From a virus (lineage: Duplodnaviria; Caudoviricetes), in IMG/VR virus record IMGVR_UViG_3300032373_000068, positions 1-34,852 of that record: a DNA stretch of 34,852 nucleotides; one strand, given 5' to 3'. Made by a program: the position numbers and the translations under genes. Of the stretch, positions 9,004 to 18,369 are shown in pieces; positions within the stretch are counted from its first letter, which is position 1, and each line of letters begins with the position of its first letter. The notes beneath the pieces are model-generated. The model worked only from the letters and a program-made list of their open reading frames with translations. It had not been told where the DNA came from and made no database searches.

Positions 9004-10853
9004 TATGGCAGCGTACTATGGTCAACAAAACTAATAACTTGCCAAAAACAAACAGTTCCGTTGTATTGCGCCCTAACTTTAACCGTGTCGCCTGGAGCAA
9101 GCACAATAGCTGTTTTGGCTGCTTGATTATTAAAGTTGTCGCCTGTATTGGCGGCAAGTGTTAAGTTTCCAGCCGCTGACCCGTTGCAAATTTCAAAAGG
9201 TATACCAGTTGAACTTGTTCCAGTTCCGCCATCGCCATCGGTTAATGTGGGCAAGTTCCACGTGACTGCTGTTCCGCCTGTGTAAACTATCGCGCCTGCA
9301 CTAAACCAAGTTAGGTTATATGGTGTGCTTGTATTGCTTCTGTCAGTACATCTTTGGCCCAGTGTTTGATTTGGATAAATGAATGAGCCGCTTTGTGCTG
9401 TGATTGTCTTTAATGAGTAATTGCCGCCCATTAAATTGCCAGCTAAAGTCAGATAAGATTGAGACGCGCCGCCATCATAGTACATGCCTATAGGAGCAGC
9501 TTGGACTATTGCGCTAGGGTAAAGGCTTGCATTAATCTTTGTTCCTAAATTATAAAGCGCCTTGTAATGCTCCTGGATATCAACGGCAAAAAACGTGCTT
9601 AATGATCTATATGTTCCTACAGCGTCCCCCCTAAAGACTACCGACGAACAACACGCCTCGCCACTTGTAACGCCTTGATCGCTTGGGCACAAGCTGAAGT
9701 CCGCAATAACTCGCGCATTCTGCCATAACATGCCACATGTCATTGCGCCTTCAATATCGATTCCTGTCATTACTGTGGGCTGTATTACGCCGCCTGTGTT
9801 TGTTGGGCCATAACCGCAGGCCTCAACACCAGGAAACCCATGAGTGATTATTGTTGGGGTTCCTGCTGTAGGCGTCAATGCGTTGGCAGTGTCGCCCTGT
9901 AAGTGCGCTATTTGTATTGTATCCGCATCATCGTTAGCAACTACAAAGTAAGTTTGCAATGTGACTAAGCCGTTTACGGACGCTGTAACAGATAAAGGCA
10001 TGTCGATAGGGAAGAATTGCCCTTGACCTGCTTGTACAACAATATCAGCTGTGCCGTCTGTTGTTGTTGTAGCTGAATGGAATGTACCGCCTGCATTGCA
10101 TTGAATATGAAAAATATTGTTATCGTTAAATGTCGCGCCTACCCGTGACTGAAAAACAATGCCCCGCGTCAGGTCTTCTACTGGCTCTGCAAACAAATAA
10201 CGGAATGAGCTGTTTCCATGATTATATACATCATGCGAAGCGCGAAACATCATGCCACCTGTCGCACCGGAGGCCATGTTTCTAACAGTTAAATCAGTGA
10301 AATTACTTAATGAGCAGTTTTCAAAATAGAACCCCCACCCTGTGCAGTTAGTAGTAAATAAATTCCTGAACTCTGAATAAAAACAGCCTGATGCTTGATT
10401 TGCGCCCACTTTAATGGGTGTTACAAAATTATCAAAAGCCATATCAAGCACACCAGCCCCATAGATCGACTCTGCGTACATCTCAGCCGGGTTAATTGGT
10501 GCAGTTGTATCTGTAGGCTCATGAACAAAACAACTATCTGTGCCGTCACCCTGCATAATAGTTCCGCCGACTAAATTTGTTGCGGTTGATGTTTCCCAGC
10601 CTTGCCCTCTTACCTTGACGCCGGATGCGAGCGTTAGCTGACTTAATACGACAAAGGTGCCAGACTTTAGCAAAACAGTGCCGCCGCCGCCTGATGCTGC
10701 CGCGTCAATTGCTCTCTGAATGGCTACCGTGTCGTCTGTTACGCCGTCACCTTTTGCGCCGAATGAACTCGCCTCATATACAACAGCGTTTAGCACAAAA
10801 ACGGGGTTAACTAGATCACTAACCATTGTTACTGGATTTAATACACTGGTCAT
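9003..10853 (-). CDS. tailspike / pectate-lyase-like parallel beta-helix protein
   Basis: FGAKGDGVTDDTVAIQRAIDAAASGGGGTVLLKSGTF is the Pectate_lyase_3-type start of a beta-helix; 616 aa. Confidence 0.8.
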   Translation of the reverse strand: MTSVLNPVTMVSDLVNPVFVLNAVVYEASSFGAKGDGVTDDTVAIQRAIDAAASGGGGTVLLKSGTFVVLSQLTLASGVKVRGQGWETSTATNLVGGTIMQGDGTDSCFVHEPTDTTAPINPAEMYAESIYGAGVLDMAFDNFVTPIKVGANQASGCFYSEFRNLFTTNCTGWGFYFENCSLSNFTDLTVRNMASGATGGMMFRASHDVYNHGNSSFRYLFAEPVEDLTRGIVFQSRVGATFNDNNIFHIQCNAGGTFHSATTTTDGTADIVVQAGQGQFFPIDMPLSVTASVNGLVTLQTYFVVANDDADTIQIAHLQGDTANALTPTAGTPTIITHGFPGVEACGYGPTNTGGVIQPTVMTGIDIEGAMTCGMLWQNARVIADFSLCPSDQGVTSGEACCSSVVFRGDAVGTYRSLSTFFAVDIQEHYKALYNLGTKINASLYPSAIVQAAPIGMYYDGGASQSYLTLAGNLMGGNYSLKTITAQSGSFIYPNQTLGQRCTDRSNTSTPYNLTWFSAGAIVYTGGTAVTWNLPTLTDGDGGTGTSSTGIPFEICNGSAAGNLTLAANTGDNFNNQAAKTAIVLAPGDTVKVRAQYNGTVCFWQVISFVDHSTLP

Positions 10854-11881
10854 TACGACACCTCTGGATTAATTTGGTGGATTTTATAATTCAGCTCTTT
10901 TACAGCTTTAAACAGAATGCCCACTGCGTCCATCATGTTGATTGTGACGCCGTCACCTATGCCGAATAACTGCTTGAACTGGTCCGCGTATGGACCGATG
11001 TGAAACCCTGCGCTACCGCCGTCAGCAAAGCCGTGTTTGTATTTCCACGCCATCACATCAAGCAGGTCAATGCGGGGCAGGATGTCGCCTACTTCGCGGT
11101 GGTCTTCTTTAAATGCTGGATTTGATAATGCATAGGCCATCATGGCGGACCCGCCGAGATTAGACAGGCCGCCGATGCCTGCATTGTAGCTACTCATTTC
11201 GGCATTGTATGCGTTGTTTTCTGCGCCCATTAGATCGGCCGGACTCATCTGCAGGCCGGGCTGCCCTGGCATTTGGACTGTATTTTCGGGATTCAATCCC
11301 ATCATTTGAGCTAGTTGCTGTCGCAGGTTCTGCTGTTGCATCTGGTCTTGTCCGAACATTTGATTTGCTTTGTCCATGCCGATCTTGTCTGCTGCTGCGG
11401 CGATTTGTAACTGCTCGTCTGTTTCCAGTCGCATCAGATCATCCATCTCATTGCCGAATGCTTCGCCCGTGTCTGGCAGGCCTCGCTGTGTGAGCATGTT
11501 TTCAGTGCGATCGAACCGCTTATCCTGGAAGTTACCCAGCCTGCTTGCAAGCGCTTCATATGCTGCGTCGGATGCTTTTTGTCCGTATTCTGCGGAGTTG
11601 GCGGGCTGGTATTGATTCATTTGATAAATAGAGTCAATAGAGCCTTGATTCATCATGTCGGCAAGTCGCTGCCGATCACCTGTTAGGCTGTAGTTTACTG
11701 ATCTATTTTCTGGTGTTCCGCTGTAAGAGACATTAAAACCCGGGCCGAACTGGTCCATCGCATTTATATTGGACGATGTGTACAGGGCATCGCGATTGAT
11801 GTCCATTTGTGCTTCTGATGTTTGTGTTGGATCTGGAGCGCTTGGCTCACTTCCGAATACTGCGTCTACTATGCCGCCCAT
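10853..11881 (-). CDS. pilot/ejection protein with C-terminal peptidase S74 (intramolecular chaperone) domain
   Basis: MGG..PSAPDP..N start and Gln-rich helical body; C-terminus S-N-P-A-F-K...W.YK...HIGPYA..F...F...GILFKAVKEL matches the S74 layout. Confidence 0.75.
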   Translation of the reverse strand: MGGIVDAVFGSEPSAPDPTQTSEAQMDINRDALYTSSNINAMDQFGPGFNVSYSGTPENRSVNYSLTGDRQRLADMMNQGSIDSIYQMNQYQPANSAEYGQKASDAAYEALASRLGNFQDKRFDRTENMLTQRGLPDTGEAFGNEMDDLMRLETDEQLQIAAAADKIGMDKANQMFGQDQMQQQNLRQQLAQMMGLNPENTVQMPGQPGLQMSPADLMGAENNAYNAEMSSYNAGIGGLSNLGGSAMMAYALSNPAFKEDHREVGDILPRIDLLDVMAWKYKHGFADGGSAGFHIGPYADQFKQLFGIGDGVTINMMDAVGILFKAVKELNYKIHQINPEVS

Positions 11882-11882
11882 G

Positions 11883-12335
11883 CTATTTCACCCAGCGACA
11901 TTCGTCGCGTTTTATTCCAAGTATTAGGAGATCGCCGTGGGGCAGTGCGTCGCGTAGTCTGCCCTCTTCAACGAAACCTAGTCGTTTTAAAAATTGGCAG
12001 ACCTCCGGGTTGGATGGGTCTGTTGTCGCTGTTACCCGCTTGCAGTTGAGTGTGTTTAGCGGGTATTCAAATATTTCTTTCAGGATGCGCCGGTTGCACC
12101 AAGCAGGGTCTGTCGTCTCGATTCCAATCTCAATGTCCGGCCACCTAAACCTATGATAGATCACTGAGCCGATGATTTCACCATTTTTCAGGATACCGGC
12201 ACACTTCACTGCCGGGTTTTTATTGTATTTTTGGCCCGTTTTCAAGCAATGCCAGTGCCACATAAGTTCGCTGTAGCACCATGTAATGCTTATGTGTTCT
12301 TGATCGGTGTCACTCTGTAGTCGGTTTTCAGCCAT
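11883..12335 (-). CDS. GNAT-family acetyltransferase-like protein of the tail module
   Basis: ..IFEYPLNTLNCKRVTA...N.....LKRLGFVEEGRLR..; RimJ/RimL-like C-terminus. Start uncertain: 12335 has an AGGA SD, 12263 is an alternative. Confidence 0.8.
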   Translation of the reverse strand: MAENRLQSDTDQEHISITWCYSELMWHWHCLKTGQKYNKNPAVKCAGILKNGEIIGSVIYHRFRWPDIEIGIETTDPAWCNRRILKEIFEYPLNTLNCKRVTATTDPSNPEVCQFLKRLGFVEEGRLRDALPHGDLLILGIKRDECRWVK

Positions 12336-14008
12336 GATATTTCCTGTTTTGCGTTGACAGTAAGGCTTGCTGATAGGTACTGACCTTGCCCCGATACTGA
12401 TCGCCATGACTTAAAGACAAGGCCTTCAGTTGACCATGGACTGGTATCCCAGGGAGACGAATCAAATGGTGATCCAGAGCTGGCAGCTGCCTCGGGTGTT
12501 GGCGCTTCAACGTCTTCAAAGTCAAAACCTAACGCCAGACCGTAGCTGATGGAGCCTTGCGCCGTGATAACAGGACGGGCTTGTTGGGCCAGTTTGTCAA
12601 AAGGCATATTGAGCGCACTCCATGCCTGCAGGGCATCAGCGGTGATAGCGGCTGTGGCGTCGATATTCCCGGTCATTTGGTAGACTTTACCGTCCAGCCC
12701 GCCAAATACAGCCACGCCGTTAAAACGGTTCCATGCCTTGGTTGCAATGCCTGTGTATCGGCACCACGCACCTGTCACGGTGTTCATAACCAGCTGATTA
12801 TAGGTTTGGTTGTAGTCCGGCTGATTGATGGTCAGTGTTTTGCCTTTCGGGCCGACTGTTACTTCCCAGCCAAAAGACGAGCCGTGGATGGTGGCAGCCT
12901 GGCTTAATGCACCGGTTATTTTGGTTCTCGGCATCTTCTCGTATCCTAGCTGCACGGTTTGTGTCATGGATACGATGTCGCTGTTTGTAATTACCTTTAG
13001 GTCGCCGCCTAGCTTTACACAGCAGCGTTTGCCGCCCAGCGGTTCTGGCAGGCTGTAGACGCCCACGATGCTCCATGATGCTGCGGTGCCTGGGTCATCG
13101 CCTTGGTACACTACCACCTCACCACTGCTGAAAATCAAACATATAAAATCGTCTGGACCGGATCCGCTGTCGATGGTCCATGATTTGACATTTATCAAGT
13201 TTCCACCTAGACCAGTTACGCGGGACAAATCAAATTCTGTCAGGGTGCCTGATACTGCATTTGGCGCGGCATACCAAAACGATTGGTCAATACCTGTCCA
13301 GAAATAGAGGCGGAATTTGTGCACGGCCACGCCGGACAAGGTACTGGCGTCTGCGATACCGGTCCAGCTAGGGGCTGATATGGCTGATCCATCCCATTGC
13401 TGCGGGGCATCGGCGCCGTTAACCAAAGGCATAACGCCGTTGAAATTGACGGCCATCCAGCGGTTTGAGCTGTAGCTGGTCCCGATTGGCGTGGTGATTT
13501 TGTAGTTTTCGTCGCCGTCTGGGAAATTATCCGCATCCAGAGTCAGATCGGCCGCTAAAACGCCGGTCACGTTGGCGTATGTGCTGTCTGTGGTGTTAAT
13601 AGCGATACTGTCGGTTGTAACGCCATCGGTTACAAAGTCCGCTGTGCTGTCGATTAAGTGGTTCAGTGTGTCGCCATCTGCCGTGCCTTCGGACGTATAG
13701 GATGCTTCGTGCAGGCTGTTGTTCACGCCAACAATAAGTTGTTGATACACGCCGGCCCTGAATTCCATCATAAATTCAATATCTGAGCCGTTTTCGCCTG
13801 TGTCGTGTGTCTCTGTGTAGCCTGATCTGACCGAAACCTTGCCTTCTGATGGAAACCAGTTGTCTAGTTTAACGGCATCAGTTGGGGGCATGGCATTTAG
13901 TGCGTCTCGGGTGTTTAGTCCGCCGTATGGCGCAGGCACCTCCTGCGGCATGGTCATCTGATGGCGACGGGCTCCCTTCCTGCGTCGACGCTCTAGCTTG
14001 CTGATCAT
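12290..14008 (-). CDS. tail nozzle / DNA stabilisation protein (P22 gp10 / tail tubular B-like)
   Basis: 572 aa beta-propeller-like; VPAPYGGLNTRD..M...DA..LDNWFP start; follows the adaptor gene. Confidence 0.8.
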   Translation of the reverse strand: MISKLERRRRKGARRHQMTMPQEVPAPYGGLNTRDALNAMPPTDAVKLDNWFPSEGKVSVRSGYTETHDTGENGSDIEFMMEFRAGVYQQLIVGVNNSLHEASYTSEGTADGDTLNHLIDSTADFVTDGVTTDSIAINTTDSTYANVTGVLAADLTLDADNFPDGDENYKITTPIGTSYSSNRWMAVNFNGVMPLVNGADAPQQWDGSAISAPSWTGIADASTLSGVAVHKFRLYFWTGIDQSFWYAAPNAVSGTLTEFDLSRVTGLGGNLINVKSWTIDSGSGPDDFICLIFSSGEVVVYQGDDPGTAASWSIVGVYSLPEPLGGKRCCVKLGGDLKVITNSDIVSMTQTVQLGYEKMPRTKITGALSQAATIHGSSFGWEVTVGPKGKTLTINQPDYNQTYNQLVMNTVTGAWCRYTGIATKAWNRFNGVAVFGGLDGKVYQMTGNIDATAAITADALQAWSALNMPFDKLAQQARPVITAQGSISYGLALGFDFEDVEAPTPEAAASSGSPFDSSPWDTSPWSTEGLVFKSWRSVSGQGQYLSASLTVNAKQEISWLKTDYRVTPIKNT

Positions 14009-14751
14009 TGTCCGAATCCAGTATCTGGTACATTACAGGTCGTTAGCAGGCCGTTGCGTGATTTGCGCGTCAGGCTTAGTGTTCTCGCACCACCATCTCG
14101 CCCCATCGCGGTTTCAACAGCGTTATTCCATTCGTCCCACTCTTCCTCGTAGGGCAGGCCTTTCCTGGACAGGTATCGCCATGTTATGCCGAGTTCGATC
14201 AGGTATTGGTCAAGCATTGGCGTGTCGGTGTCTTTGGTCCAGCTGTTGACCACGGATCCGTCTGCTACATCGATCGCGTATCCGTCTGAGACATATTCAA
14301 ACACAATGTCCCAGGCTTCCGTCGGGGTTGGGTCCATAAAAAATTTGACTGACGGGTTTGTTGCTGCTGCATCTGATCGGATTTGGAATCGGCTTCGCGG
14401 GGTGACTGATTGACCGAGCACTGATGATTTAACGTTCTGCCATTCTTTCTGGCTGAGCGGTCCACGTAGCTCCCAGTAATTGGAGCGGTCCCACATGGTT
14501 TCATCGACAAAATACTTAAAATCACTTGGTAGATCATAGCTGGCTGTTGATGCGACTGTGGTGAAGGTGTGCTCTCGAATCAGCGCCTTCCATCCATCCT
14601 CGTTTCGTCGGACCAGTGCTTCGCATTCATGCTTGGCGCATTGAAGCAGCAGTCTCGCTGTGTCATCTGTCGAGGTTAGGATTGCCGAGGGCCGGTCAAT
14701 CTGCAGTTTATCTGCTACGTTTTGGCATATTTTTAGCAGGTTGTCGGCCAT
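14005..14751 (-). CDS. head-tail adaptor (tail tubular A-like)
   Basis: NLL.IC..V..L, W..L, YDLPSDF, T.WDR, W..L..KGL.Y motifs; located before the nozzle. Confidence 0.75.
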   Translation of the reverse strand: MADNLLKICQNVADKLQIDRPSAILTSTDDTARLLLQCAKHECEALVRRNEDGWKALIREHTFTTVASTASYDLPSDFKYFVDETMWDRSNYWELRGPLSQKEWQNVKSSVLGQSVTPRSRFQIRSDAAATNPSVKFFMDPTPTEAWDIVFEYVSDGYAIDVADGSVVNSWTKDTDTPMLDQYLIELGITWRYLSRKGLPYEEEWDEWNNAVETAMGRDGGARTLSLTRKSRNGLLTTCNVPDTGFGQ

Positions 14752-14761
14752 CGGTTATCTC

Positions 14762-15604
14762 CTATTCGGATTGAGGTTTAGGCGACGCCTTTTTCTTAGG
14801 CGCTGCCTTTTTCTTAGGGGCTGGTTTTTTCGTTGCTGCTTGCGATTGTAGCGCAGCATTTTCCATTTGTAACGTAGACACCTGCGTCTCTAGACTGGTA
14901 TTGGATAGCGTTAGCTGTTCGATCTGTGCTTTGAGCTCGCTGTAATCCGCTGTAGCGTGGCCTATTTCAGAGATTTGGCGCTTCAGGTCGTCCATTTCGT
15001 TTTGCATACGCTGGTTGTCGGCTGCCAGGTGCTGAGGTATCGCTGTTTCTTTTGCGGCCTCAAGATATGCCTTGGCTTTTACGACCATTTCACGTCCACC
15101 CATGCCAATGTTAGATATTCCTTGATCGGATATCTGGGCCAGCGCCTCAACAGTGAAAATATTCAGGTGCTTTAGTTCTGCCACCTGGCTGCGTGATATT
15201 GTCGGCCATTGCTCTAGGGGCGTGCCTGTTTGTGCGACGCGCTCGCCTGCCTGAAATGCCTGATAGTAAGCTGCAAAGCGGACCTTGTCCTCTGCGCTGA
15301 CTTTGCGTGATATTTCGCTGTTTCTATCACCTGCCACGCGAATGGTGATCCATTCAATATCGTCATATATCGGGCGGCCTTCCTGTGTCGACTTAAATTC
15401 GTTCTTGACCGCTCTGATTTTAAATTCAGGAATGATGCCTGTTTCTTTTGCCTGTTGTGATGCTATTGCCATGTTTTGCTGCATGGTTGATTGTGGGGCC
15501 TGCTGTTGTGCAGGGGCGTATGCCTGGTTAGGTTGCTGCACGACTGGGTCGACGTATCCTTCTTGAGTGTTGTCTGGGAGTATGCTTTGGCTAGAGTTTT
15601 CCAT
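14762..15604 (-). CDS. conserved phage protein with HhH-like motif, coiled coil and Lys/Ala/Pro-rich tail
   Basis: GTPLEQWP.I....AELKHLNIFTVEALA.ISD motif; C-terminus KKPAPKKKAAPKKKASPKP. Confidence 0.7.
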   Translation of the reverse strand: MENSSQSILPDNTQEGYVDPVVQQPNQAYAPAQQQAPQSTMQQNMAIASQQAKETGIIPEFKIRAVKNEFKSTQEGRPIYDDIEWITIRVAGDRNSEISRKVSAEDKVRFAAYYQAFQAGERVAQTGTPLEQWPTISRSQVAELKHLNIFTVEALAQISDQGISNIGMGGREMVVKAKAYLEAAKETAIPQHLAADNQRMQNEMDDLKRQISEIGHATADYSELKAQIEQLTLSNTSLETQVSTLQMENAALQSQAATKKPAPKKKAAPKKKASPKPQSE

Positions 15605-15632
15605 GTTAATTTTCTCGCGTTAGTTTGAGGGT

Positions 15633-15668
15633 AAAAAAAGGCGACGGCCGTTAAGCTATCGCCTTTTT
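15633..15668 (-). terminator. intrinsic terminator after the capsid genes (probably bidirectional)
   Basis: Minus strand AAAAAGGCGATAGC-TTAACG-GCCGTCGCC-TTTTTTT: GC stem with a U7 tract, and an A-tract on the other side. Confidence 0.8.
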
Positions 15669-15688
15669 AGAGTCTAACTGCTTTTACC

Positions 15689-16147
15689 CTACCAAGGGAA
15701 GTCGCAGCAGATTTCGTTCGCTGTTGCGTCTACAGCAAATGCACAGAGGTGATCTGTTACTGCTGTATTCAGGTCCAGCGATCCATCGCCTGCGCCGGTT
15801 GGAGTGAGGTTGTCACCATCACCGCCTGCAGTTAATGCGATTGACAGGGTTGCAGCGCCTTTGATTTGAAACCACGCATACTCGTTATCAGACATTGCCA
15901 CTTGCAGTACGCCTGCGCCATTTTCGGACGAATCCGATAGGTCAGACGTTACTGTGTGTGCGCCGTATCCAGTGTCTGCGACGTAGTACGCCACCTCACC
16001 TGCTACGCCGGCCACAGCCGCAGTTGCTTCGTCGTACATCATGTACTTGTAGATTTTGCCATCGTTGTCGATGCCGTGTGTGCCTGGCGTGAACTGAGGA
16101 ACGCTGTTCGCTGCCAGAGCTGGGTCAATACCGATTAATTGATACAT
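15689..16147 (-). CDS. capsid decoration/cement-like protein
   Basis: 152 aa Ala/Gly/Asp-rich beta protein directly after the major capsid gene; G..YKY, Y.WFQI.G motifs. Confidence 0.6.
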   Translation of the reverse strand: MYQLIGIDPALAANSVPQFTPGTHGIDNDGKIYKYMMYDEATAAVAGVAGEVAYYVADTGYGAHTVTSDLSDSSENGAGVLQVAMSDNEYAWFQIKGAATLSIALTAGGDGDNLTPTGAGDGSLDLNTAVTDHLCAFAVDATANEICCDFPW

Positions 16148-16170
16148 TTTAATTGCTCCAGTTAGTTAAT

Positions 16171-16209
16171 TGGCCTTACCAAGGCTTTCGCCTCGATAAG
16201 ATTCAGCCA
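16171..16209 (-). other. stable RNA hairpin between capsid and decoration genes
   Basis: CTTATCGAGGC-GAAA-GCCTTGGTAAG (11 bp including G-U pairs, GNRA loop), outer TGGC/GCCA, no U-tract. Confidence 0.6.
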
Positions 16210-16212
16210 GGT

Positions 16213-17184
16213 TTAGTCTTTCAGAATGCCCTGCAAAAATGCATTAGACATTGTCATATTGCCAGCGAAACCGATCAGCTTAACTACTGCATCCTGATTG
16301 GTTGCAAAGCGATCTGGATCTAGTGGCGTGAAGTTACGATCTGAATGCGGACGGAAGTGGATATAATCCGTGTTCAAAAAGTACATGTGGTTAGTTGGGC
16401 ATGCGCCGTTGTAACCACCATCAAATACCACGTCAGCGCCCATGTATTTCAATGTCATGAATCCAGCTTCGCCCTGGCTTTCGCTAGTGATACGCTGAAT
16501 GGCCTGCAGTGACTGCCAGTAGAGATTGAAGTACGCATTGTCCGCAAGGATTAGATCCGAGTGGTCAGTGCCGCGTGAAGTGTTTAACCACATTGTGTTC
16601 ATGTAGCCCTGGATATTCGCCGCTGTTGCCGCTGCGCCACCTGTAGTGGTTGCGTCAAACATTTGGCTGCGCCAGAAAGCGTAATTAGCACGGTTAATGC
16701 CACCCACGGTGCCTGTCGTTGGATCGTCTGCAATTAGCGACTGTAGGCCACCGATTTGCTTACCACCATCGGCCGTGCCGTCTGAGTACATGTCTGCAGC
16801 GATGTTATTCTGCATTGTGCGCTCGGCGTTTGATACGCGCGATTCGATTAAATCGATAACACGTTCCTTGCCGCTGTTCTGTAGCATTTCAAGGCCTGAG
16901 CAGGTTACTGCCACGGCTGCTTGCTTCCAGTTGTACTCAGCTGCTGAAAATACGTCTGATGGACTGATGTCCAGAGTTTCGTATCCGCTGTAGCGTTTGT
17001 ACGTTGAGTTTTCTGCGTATTCCAGTTCTTGATAGATGCTGGTACCGCCGCCAACAGGACGTACCTTGCCTTTTTCTTTCAAACGGCGAAGGATCGCATT
17101 GTTTTCGCTTACGTTGTCCGCCAGCGCACCTGATCTTGACTCAAGAGTCGTTGTCAGGATTTCTGAGATATTAGGGCTTGCCAT
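16213..17184 (-). CDS. major capsid protein
   Basis: 323 aa; MA.PN.SEI.TTT.ESRSG.LADNV..NNA.L, YSGYE.L, GTVGGINRA...FWR; follows the scaffold gene. Confidence 0.9.
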   Translation of the reverse strand: MASPNISEILTTTLESRSGALADNVSENNAILRRLKEKGKVRPVGGGTSIYQELEYAENSTYKRYSGYETLDISPSDVFSAAEYNWKQAAVAVTCSGLEMLQNSGKERVIDLIESRVSNAERTMQNNIAADMYSDGTADGGKQIGGLQSLIADDPTTGTVGGINRANYAFWRSQMFDATTTGGAAATAANIQGYMNTMWLNTSRGTDHSDLILADNAYFNLYWQSLQAIQRITSESQGEAGFMTLKYMGADVVFDGGYNGACPTNHMYFLNTDYIHFRPHSDRNFTPLDPDRFATNQDAVVKLIGFAGNMTMSNAFLQGILKD

Positions 17185-17208
17185 ATCTGAATCTCCGATT
17201 AAAGGTTA

Positions 17209-18351
17209 TTAATTGTTTGCGCTCCAGGCGTCTTCTACTGCGCTGCGAATGCTTTCATGTTGTTTTTTCGCTTGCGCGGCACCACCTGGGTCACCCACTA
17301 CACTTTTCCCGGCTTTCTTAGCCTGCTCGGCTTTCAGTCTGGCATTCGCGTTGGCTTTATCGGCAGCCTCTTTTGCTGCTGCCTTTGACTCATCGGTGGC
17401 TGCTTTTTGCTGGGCCTCGATGAGTTTCTGCCTTACGGATGTGTTCCGATAGCATGCACGTTCGTATAACGTGCCTAAGTCCGACTGTTTTCCCTGCTGT
17501 CGGTCAATTTGTAGCTCAAGCATAACATCTTCAACCACGTCGTCAAAATAGGGATGCTTCTTTGTGCCTGACTCATCCGTTTCTGCCGCAAACGATTCGA
17601 TCGTTTTTAGGTTGTCGTTGCTTTGCTGTGTGCTTATGGTGTTTTGTAGCTCACCCACCTGAGTTTGCAAGTTTTGCACGACCGGATCCGTTTGAGGCGT
17701 CGTTTCAAAGTGCTCTCCGCCGTAGGCTAGTTGCGTCAGGTCCACGCCGTAATGGGTGGCAATTTGCTTGATTGCCTGGTGAGGGTTTGTGTTCAGGTGA
17801 TTTTCTGCCACGGCCCAGCGACGGATTAACTCTGATTCGTTGATACCAGCTTTTTGCAGGTCCTGCTTAAATGGCGTCATGATCTGATCGATAGGCTCGT
17901 ATGATCGACGGAAGTCTGTATCGGCCTGACGCTTTCGAGTGTAGTCGGCTTCCATGTCCTTAATGCGTCCAACAACAAATTGCTGCTGATCCTTTGGCAG
18001 TCCATCAAAGCTTTCCTTTGTGGTTTTGTCCCAGTGCTCTGGGTAGTCGATTTTGTCTTCTATTTCCTGTTTTTCGTCTTCATCTGAGGCCTCAAGATCA
18101 GAGGTCAGGTCTGTTTTTTCGGCCTCTGCGGCGGCGGCTGCTTCGTCTCCCGAGGTTAGATCGTCCTGGGTTATGACTTCGTCGTCATCGCCTGCTGTGT
18201 CTTGCGATTCATCGATTGAGGTGGTGTCGTCGTCGCTGGTTGCTTCGGCTGCGTCGAATGACGCCTCGATAATGTCGCGCAGGCTATCGTTTTGGTTTTC
18301 GTCTTGATCGTTTTCTAGATCGGCTGGTTCAGTGGCTGGCTGATTGCTCAC
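17209..18351 (-). CDS. capsid scaffolding protein
   Basis: Very acidic N-terminus (SLRDIIEASFD), P..W motif, coiled coils, HPYFDDV, Y..AC; GTG start with AGGAG SD. Confidence 0.8.
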   Translation of the reverse strand: MSNQPATEPADLENDQDENQNDSLRDIIEASFDAAEATSDDDTTSIDESQDTAGDDDEVITQDDLTSGDEAAAAAEAEKTDLTSDLEASDEDEKQEIEDKIDYPEHWDKTTKESFDGLPKDQQQFVVGRIKDMEADYTRKRQADTDFRRSYEPIDQIMTPFKQDLQKAGINESELIRRWAVAENHLNTNPHQAIKQIATHYGVDLTQLAYGGEHFETTPQTDPVVQNLQTQVGELQNTISTQQSNDNLKTIESFAAETDESGTKKHPYFDDVVEDVMLELQIDRQQGKQSDLGTLYERACYRNTSVRQKLIEAQQKAATDESKAAAKEAADKANANARLKAEQAKKAGKSVVGDPGGAAQAKKQHESIRSAVEDAWSANN

Positions 18352-18369
18352 AATCGCTACTCCTAGTTG

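Noticed and set aside
1660-10853. Diversity-generating retroelement or invertible tail-fibre cassette
   Set aside because: No reverse transcriptase or invertase, and I noticed no TR/VR-like duplicated segment or flanking inverted repeats by eye.
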